From Candidatus Thorarchaeota archaeon SMTZ1-45 (GTDB taxonomy: Archaea; Asgardarchaeota; Thorarchaeia; Thorarchaeales; Thorarchaeaceae), in the NCBI GenBank assembly GCA_001563335.1, contig LRSL01000099.1:1-11994 (forward strand): a stretch of 11,994 bases of DNA. Reading direction: 5' to 3'. Below are positions 8,401 to 11,994 of the stretch, piece after piece (within the stretch, counting starts at the first letter, position 1; each line of letters opens with the position of its first letter). The notes under the pieces were generated by a model that was given only the letters and a program-made list of their open reading frames with translations, made no database searches and was not told the origin of the DNA. Made by a program: the position numbers and the translations under genes.

Positions 8401-8747
8401 TGCTTATAGTACCGCCATTTGAACAAGTTGCAGGAATCTACTTGGGAGTCTTTGTAGCTTCGATTATTATGTACCCAGTAACAGCACGAAGTGCTCGACA
8501 GCTCTTCCTTTCTCCGCTGTTCTTTGCACTCACAGGATTCGCATACACGATTGTCCTTGGTCCAGTTTATCAGAGTCTTCTACTGGCTGCTGCAGCATTT
8601 CTCTTCTTTGTGAGTCGCTATATCAAGGAGAAAGAAACGATGAACCCACGACTCGTCTATTTGCGATTAGTGGTTCTAGTTGCACTTGTGACATGTATTG
8701 CAGTGTTTGCAATAGTAACTGGGCTCGAGATTATCTCAGCAATTTGA
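2481..8747 (+). CDS. Giant polytopic integral membrane protein of unknown function (2088 aa, about 65 hydrophobic segments counted by eye)
   Basis: Uninterrupted 6.3-kb ORF made almost entirely of 16-25 aa hydrophobic stretches with alternating short neutral loops and R/K-rich loops. No catalytic or nucleotide-binding motif recognised. Ends TGATGA. GTG at 2487 is an alternative start. Confidence 0.9.
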   Translation: MNVQEKGLERASRLADRIQLFALVVVLLIISTAVWLASYFLIQPFVQDTLVQMLIATAVSLALAGLILVWRKRVIPGAFLFFISAGIIALSLALFWQSFQGYVLSLHGFLLASLAILNSLRNREKITNEAYQRSGWVLGSIIIITGPLGIAIGLLAITSAYSFILAGFTFSLAVYVIGVQYMQKSSRLGVPNVIIISIAPTMLTVDFLINSAILSPVLLISGFFIAFGTTLFIASQCAKRLQSWVGTRWVRKSQEKKGRDSLFEEIGLGEVVEDEEEPLLIPDEWIIVPEDANTLSGISLILVAVGVPTIFLWLSESTIWGTELQLMGPIAFIIGLLILAPSPVFFRLGERLTRDSEYAAVRAIGVAIVLLASASGFFWTQFYLWPILISFSISVVLFAAGITGLFRQVRKLWRQFWLSIVGRLRELKSWVLSNMLITGVVGDLTLCIILYGFINPILQVQPGYPLSVLGILAAVFSGVGILGLSFFRAHPRRLRFLSIGVMLLLSSLVLVTFWQFYDIMLFAVLDSIAYSLLWFLGSIALFKFGISRLKIGLAYLPGFLAAVYLTWMLEAPLPTYQFPILTVLLIITLPGPILHIEYRKAGGALLYGARRLGTSLYNALIYLGRVLLKFILISWALIVVAVLTFVAWQWLAPYYSWNLLPILGWITLAFFLAYIPAIGRAEESPSYLMQVCILGIALALGVLVFFYTQLLHTLLRVLASALVTWLVLTIAKNKFPEEAQVFFFPTAWIMTLSLVCSWIFLTATGNMGEIQSGLLAMVIFGLGLLPLKLMGAPPRVVNTLYTALAVPSAVLLTYLVFADYLLTLTALFLAPIPVAYKQYGKVISAVGNAALIALRVFFAYIAIYLIIAVALFSLLPAALLVYYLLPLFSFHSLPVAPIVITFILLWMCLWLPALYLRRSENLRLHSVVLIILCAAVSLDLVVLLQISDPILTILTAVTLFSVLFTIVTPVLVFIEQRARSAAFAISVILLLGLYLAPFDLIPKILLAIFGIGLIATPVLSKANRVLIAYPVVTCSLLAFLFWYFDLHTLDARLVAVGYVAIESMLLSVPEQLRNKVTWTVFAVSTGLSLALVLSPFMTINLVLASLVALEILRFTPGFKIGEKTGMLLGVARALLVGATVYLLIISWIPLSSPLRHPLMEFGLSSLITTAILAFSMRRFISSERLIGLQSLAVLNFCIVIFFYLWIIVGVDFLYSAYIAGIPLLVFAGVLSTGDTFKRAGWVMFCIVITAMISGSWFTYYRSIESLWLCITTAIFLTSSLRLTDPKGHEDIAGKTNVAIGTLILMLETIWVWHCFLVFLYEMNVVLAGVGVLLTPVLLMPLRSAISWDAFRILWGVVSTTIAVSLGSLISGWNLYDLILPTEPYLTFGIILSLFSFLSTPAYLWIESRLRIDEERLTARYSWSPSLAGWAALGLQVGTYLLGETRFMYAMGGLGFALALLIFYFLTPSRPRTLFVANILILASAIAVGVWVWAEPNLGTAELIALFLFVWYILSLPLTLAATMAFLGWLATKWHQLTTAFSRFISWARAGLASALQRAKEIYSRNKATFATLLPILIGGLVFLWMYDPMDASTILGLPYKNPAFAITLGLALVGLIYWFEAVALEPKIGNELRSPSMILFGFGVNNIILLMSLTAASYELLELIFILSFAASLALIALLAQASSFSLKVWMRRIAGTLGITLFITTYRGLITNAGFLPIQALLYAVIIFLLVEIPVFWVQVKAFVALLGRYGAIIIKAIKNLGSLLLTIFRRFGYVMWTFFTLLFVVVIAVLSRPLFSELLNMPTDGLLYEVPGFSVPTAIIGLLMLFIAIVRRRVRTRFGLFSGLYAAFGGGVTVIAFLFDHGHQVLSLFSAIIAICGTGLMLKGELQLDPRRISMLWSPIPPSISLSLLYYMPPASSAPDSFLLALLISFSSTFMLYLLSTTVNWIPKRYRELLWSILAIMTGSITYFSSYLLIVPPFEQVAGIYLGVFVASIIMYPVTARSARQLFLSPLFFALTGFAYTIVLGPVYQSLLLAAAAFLFFVSRYIKEKETMNPRLVYLRLVVLVALVTCIAVFAIVTGLEIISAI

Positions 8748-8783
8748 TGAGGTTGACGAATCTTTGAAGAGACGAGATAAGAT

Positions 8784-9800
8784 CTAAGCTGATCCATCTT
8801 TAGGTTTCTTCTTCCAGAGTGAAGGGTAACGACCACGTTCCATTAGTACACGGTCAGTCTTTGCGACAATCCCACTCTTTGCTTTGGCTATTCTGTCGCT
8901 TGTGTCGTTGCATTTGGCTACAGCAACTGCTTCTCCCTTGAGTGTTCTCAAAACCACCATATCTTCCTTCTTCATACCGCTACTAAGACTCACAACTCCG
9001 CTCGCTGCAAGGTCAGCTCCGTGACAGATGGCGTCCACTGCTGAATCGCGCATATTGATAACAGGAAGATGGCCCAATCCGAATTCAATAGGACGTAGGT
9101 ATCTTCTAAGCTCTGTTTCATCACCATCTTCTTTCCAGAACACAAAAGCATCTTTCAAATCATAGAGTGAGCACATATGTTCGTCCTCTCTAAATGTCCC
9201 CACACGTGTCCGTCGCAGTTCTCTCATGTGCCCCCCAACACCGAGGGCTTCCCCAATATCAAAGCATAATTTTCGGATGTACGTCCCGGCCTGACAACCA
9301 ACTCTGAAGAGCACCAGTCGCCCCTTAATCTCCAGAATCTTGTTGTAGTAAATTTCACGAACTCGAAGAACTCTCTTGACAGACGACCTTAAGGGTGGTT
9401 TTTGGTATAGTTTCCCTACAAAATCATCTATGACCCTCCTGATGTCCTCCTCAGGAGCTGCCTTATGGAGTTCTAGAACACAGACATACTCCTTTCCAGC
9501 AGGTAATAATGCCTGCATGGCTTTTGTTGCATTTCCAACTCCTGTGGGTAAAATACCAGTGACAGCTGGATCTAAGGTTCCTCCATGTCCGACCCTTTCA
9601 ACCTCGAGTATCTTCCTTACCCAAGTGGCCACTTCATGGCTTGTTGGTCCTGAGGGCTTATCCAGTGCAATTACTCCATTCTTGAGAAGAAATTCAATAG
9701 GGAGATTCTCAAGTGATTGAAATCCATAGTCAGGATTTGTGCTATCAGATGCTTTCAATATCAGTTCACGAGGTTGATCTGCAGGCAACATGCCCGACAT
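8784..9800 (-). CDS. cbf5: H/ACA RNP pseudouridine synthase Cbf5 (archaeal TruB/dyskerin family) with PUA domain
   Basis: Motifs LDKPSGPTSHEV, GHGGTLDPAVTGILP (catalytic Asp), YQKPPLRSSVKR, CQAGTYIRKLC and HMRELRRTRVG; PUA region RDSAVDAICHGA; C-terminal RVLMERGRYP. SD GGGAGTG upstream. Confidence 0.97.
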   Translation of the reverse strand: MSGMLPADQPRELILKASDSTNPDYGFQSLENLPIEFLLKNGVIALDKPSGPTSHEVATWVRKILEVERVGHGGTLDPAVTGILPTGVGNATKAMQALLPAGKEYVCVLELHKAAPEEDIRRVIDDFVGKLYQKPPLRSSVKRVLRVREIYYNKILEIKGRLVLFRVGCQAGTYIRKLCFDIGEALGVGGHMRELRRTRVGTFREDEHMCSLYDLKDAFVFWKEDGDETELRRYLRPIEFGLGHLPVINMRDSAVDAICHGADLAASGVVSLSSGMKKEDMVVLRTLKGEAVAVAKCNDTSDRIAKAKSGIVAKTDRVLMERGRYPSLWKKKPKDGSA

Positions 9801-9832
9801 CTAATTAACACTCCCAAAAGAAGCCTTTGAAC

Positions 9833-10114
9833 CTACATTTCTATTCTGATTTTTGTTCTGAATTTCTCAATCAGACCTGCTTCTTCTATTGCTTTCTCAA
9901 CAGCTTTGTCATCAGCATCTGAAGTGATTGAGAGAATAGTTTCGAGAGGCTCTAGGTGCCTTGTATTACAACTACGTCTTCTCACGCCACTCAGGTGTTT
10001 AGGACCTGTAATAACAACATAGCTGTCATCCTTCATACTAACGACCACACATAGACTTCCAGCCTCGCGGCCCATAGTCTTTACACATACTCTTCCCGTT
10101 TCGTAGAAACCCAT
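9833..10114 (-). CDS. rpl14e: 50S ribosomal protein L14e (eL14)
   Basis: MGFYETGRVCVKTMGREAGSLCVVV...VVITGPKHLSGVRRRSCNTRHLEP matches the archaeal L14e pattern. Start moved to ATG 10114 because the SD GGTGAGGTG lies 7 nt upstream. Canonical position between cmk and cbf5. Confidence 0.95.
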   Translation of the reverse strand: MGFYETGRVCVKTMGREAGSLCVVVSMKDDSYVVITGPKHLSGVRRRSCNTRHLEPLETILSITSDADDKAVEKAIEEAGLIEKFRTKIRIEM

Positions 10115-10130
10115 TTCAATACACCTCACC

Positions 10131-10212
10131 TTGTCTTTGGTCAGCATCTGAGTCACCTCGATGCATCATTCCTATAGACTGGGAGAATGTGACGCTGACC
10201 GCCAGAAGACAA
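10131..10212 (-). ncRNA. Structured intercistronic RNA element with a C/D-type kink-turn hairpin and an alternative three-way fold (putative cis-regulator)
   Basis: The transcript contains GG-AAU-GAUGCAUC-GAG-GUGA-CUC-A-GAUGCUGA-CC (box C-like AUGAUG and box D CUGA, GNRA loop). It also has an alternative 10-bp helix GGUCAGCGUC/GAUGCUGACC plus a 7-bp helix UUGUCUU/AAGACAA. Folded by eye. Confidence 0.55.
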
Positions 10213-10243
10213 TATGAGCCTTACGCTTTGTACTACTGCCGAT

Positions 10244-10789
10244 TTAATTTGCAGATCTACCAAAGAACTCCTCGATAGCTGTGAATACAATCTTAATGAC
10301 ATTCTCAAGATCGTACTTGTCTGTGTTTATGATCAGGTCATAGATTGAATGATCCGACACATCAACTCCATAGTACTCAAGGTATCTTGCCTTCTCACTT
10401 CCTTCACGAGTGATAGTTTCTCGTCGTGCATACTCAAACTCTATGTCATCCCTCTCAGATATCCTTCGAATCCTATTCTCAACAGAAGCAATTAGTAGAA
10501 TCTTCAGATCTGCATTGTCCCCTGCCATCCATGCAGCTAATTGGCCATCAATTACTGCATTCCCCCTCTCAGCTTCTTCTCGCAGATTGTCATCAATCAA
10601 CCTGTCAATATCCTCGTTGCCCTCAGCAACTCTGCTAAATTCCTCTAGAGTAAGGTTTCTTTCTTTTGCAAGCTGACGAAAAATAACTCCGGCTGACATC
10701 CTACGAAGATTGAATTTCTTCGCAATGGCATCCGCCACCGAGCTCTTGCCTGTACCGTGGAGACCGCCCACCGTGATGACGTGCTTCAT
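10244..10789 (-). CDS. cmk: Cytidylate kinase, archaeal type
   Basis: MKHVITVGGLHGTGKSS P-loop, SAGVIFRQLAKE, IDRLID, VIDGQLAAW, RYLEYYGVD...YDLIINT. Start moved to ATG 10789, 4 nt after the rpl34e stop. Confidence 0.95.
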   Translation of the reverse strand: MKHVITVGGLHGTGKSSVADAIAKKFNLRRMSAGVIFRQLAKERNLTLEEFSRVAEGNEDIDRLIDDNLREEAERGNAVIDGQLAAWMAGDNADLKILLIASVENRIRRISERDDIEFEYARRETITREGSEKARYLEYYGVDVSDHSIYDLIINTDKYDLENVIKIVFTAIEEFFGRSAN

Positions 10790-10793
10790 TGCG

Positions 10794-11060
10794 TTAGTCT
10801 CGAGATGCTTTAACGATTCCACGACGTAGAGCCCTAGTGGAAAGAACTCCACCATAAGGTCGATTTGGACGTTTGGCTGAACGACTTACGCTTCTTAAAT
10901 TGTCGTGTTTTGCTCCACGAGACACTTGCAAGTGTGAGCCAGTTATGGCACACGTTCCTCCAGCCTTGTAGAATTTCTTTCTGTGAATTACTCTTCTTCT
11001 ACCTGGGGTCCTAATCATACGGTTGGACCTTCCCTTAGTGAGCACTCCGGGTCGTGGCAA
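10794..11060 (-). CDS. rpl34e: 50S ribosomal protein L34e (eL34), zinc-ligand-depleted variant, TTG start
   Basis: MPRP...RTPGRR.VIH...KRPNRPYGGVLS is the L34e pattern. SD GAGGTG lies 7 nt upstream of the TTG. Canonical position before cmk. Confidence 0.93.
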   Translation of the reverse strand: MPRPGVLTKGRSNRMIRTPGRRRVIHRKKFYKAGGTCAITGSHLQVSRGAKHDNLRSVSRSAKRPNRPYGGVLSTRALRRGIVKASRD

Positions 11061-11097
11061 TATGTGACACCTCTCTTTCTCTACGGGGACCCTCTTA

Positions 11098-11116
11098 CCT
11101 ATCCTTAAAAGGAAAG
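11098..11116 (-). promoter_or_regulatory. Candidate TATA box for the rpl34e-cmk-rpl14e-cbf5 operon
   Basis: The minus strand reads CCTTTTAAGGATAGG about 45-50 nt upstream of the rpl34e start. The box sits inside the inverted repeat TCCTT-AA-AAGGA. Confidence 0.4.
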
Positions 11117-11153
11117 CGGTGTTGGGAGATTTTCTTTCTCTTTATCTCTCCTT

Positions 11154-11897
11154 TTAGAACTCATGTATCCGAAATCGTATGACTGCGACGACTGCTAGTA
11201 CAAGCAGAATCACCAATGTAATGATAATCGGGTAAACTGGATACATATCACCAGTTGTCATGCTGATTGATGACATTATGAGTCCCCACGGTCCCAGTGG
11301 ACCATAAATGGGATGTTGCGCAAGACTTGGACCAATGAACAGAAAGGGAAATGGTACTGCCATTACTGGCCCCTCTTTGTTAAAGAATGTAGCCAAACAC
11401 ATGGTTAGCCATGATAGGAAGAGCTGCCACAGCATCAAAGGGAATAGGGATATTATGAATGTGACAAACAATAGAGTAGCCCCCATCATAGTAGCTACTA
11501 CGTAGAAGATGATCCCTGGAATGAATATCATCGACAGACAGAACCCAAGTGCTGAGGGCACCAATTTCGCTATTATGAATGCAGTCCGTGATACAGGTTT
11601 TGAAAGAACCCACGCAGCTGATCCTGATCGTTTCTCTTCGAGTATTCTTTCTTGTGATATGATGATGACTGCAATTCCGGGAAAGATCATTGCCATCATA
11701 TAGAAAATGAAGACGCCCGCTTCAGGGTCCCCAATGCCAACTGATCCAAACAGCACTAATATCAAGGACCAAAGAAGAGCTTGTTGCCACCATGCATTTG
11801 TGCCAAACCAAGTCTTCAATTCTTTCCCAAATAGAGCACTAAACCCCATTCTCCAACCAGTTTCTGTTACTGTTTTGAATGCAGTCTTACTGGACAT
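11154..11897 (-). CDS. ABC-2 type exporter permease
   Basis: About 6 TM segments, N-terminal ALFGKELKTWF and the motif EEKRSGSAAWVLSKPVSRTAFIIAK typical of ABC-2 permeases. SD GAGGAGG spacing favours ATG 11897 over 11906. Confidence 0.88.
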   Translation of the reverse strand: MSSKTAFKTVTETGWRMGFSALFGKELKTWFGTNAWWQQALLWSLILVLFGSVGIGDPEAGVFIFYMMAMIFPGIAVIIISQERILEEKRSGSAAWVLSKPVSRTAFIIAKLVPSALGFCLSMIFIPGIIFYVVATMMGATLLFVTFIISLFPLMLWQLFLSWLTMCLATFFNKEGPVMAVPFPFLFIGPSLAQHPIYGPLGPWGLIMSSISMTTGDMYPVYPIIITLVILLVLAVVAVIRFRIHEF

Positions 11898-11994
11898 TCG
11901 TATCATCCTCCTCTACAAGTCGCATGAAAATCTCTTCCAGCTCATACTGCTTCAAACCAAAATCAACGATGTCTACCTTGTCATCCTGTAGTAC
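11887..11994 (-). CDS. C-terminal end of an ABC transporter ATP-binding subunit (5' part outside the window)
   Basis: Manual translation gives ...VLQDDKVDIVDFGLKQYELEEIFMRLVEEDDTNVQ*. LEEIFMRLV is the usual tail of ABC-2 ATPases. It overlaps the permease start by 11 nt. Confidence 0.75.
   Translation of the reverse strand, partial: VLQDDKVDIVDFGLKQYELEEIFMRLVEEDDTNVQ

Noticed and set aside
2481-8747. Calling the giant protein a Piezo homologue
   Set aside because: There is no large extracellular cap domain or PFEW-like motif near the C-terminus. The similarity is only in size and TM richness.
10115-10156. N-terminal extension of rpl14e from GTG 10156 in the ORF track
   Set aside because: The strong SD sits before ATG 10114, homology starts there, and the extension lies within the RNA hairpin.
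10133-10179. SECIS element or C/D or H/ACA guide RNA interpretation of the K-turn hairpin
   Set aside because: There is no apical AA motif and no in-frame UGA in neighbouring genes. Only about 20 nt separate box C from box D and they are self-paired, leaving no guide. The ACA is only 6 nt from the K-turn, leaving no pseudouridylation pocket.
10790-10855. N-terminal extension of cmk from ATG 10855
   Set aside because: It overlaps the rpl34e coding region, and archaeal Cmk begins a few residues before the P-loop (ATG 10789).
9376-11991. Short antisense or alternative-frame ORFs over cbf5, cmk and the ABC genes
   Set aside because: They overlap well-supported conserved genes and have no independent evidence.
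1-11994. CRISPR array, tRNA, rRNA or IS element
   Set aside because: No regularly spaced repeats, cloverleaf, transposase or terminal inverted repeats were seen, and the intergenic gaps are short.

Overview
Archaeal genomic window. The eL34/eL14, archaeal-type Cmk and Cbf5 genes and GGTGA/GAGGTG Shine-Dalgarno motifs show this; an Asgard (Thorarchaeia-like) origin is plausible but only inferred. Left to right: (1) a minus-strand SF2 DEAH helicase running off the left edge and missed by the ORF track; (2) a small zinc-finger protein with a CFI-box-CTERM domain; (3) a divergently transcribed 2088-aa membrane protein with about 65 hydrophobic segments in hairpin blocks separated by amphipathic helices, two with 11-residue periodicity; (4) a convergent rpl34e-cmk-rpl14e-cbf5 operon; (5) an ABC-2 exporter permease plus the 3' end of its ATPase. 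The most interesting signals are the giant membrane protein, an apparently bistable RNA element with a C/D-type kink-turn between cmk and rpl14e-cbf5, and an eL34 that has lost three of its four zinc cysteines.
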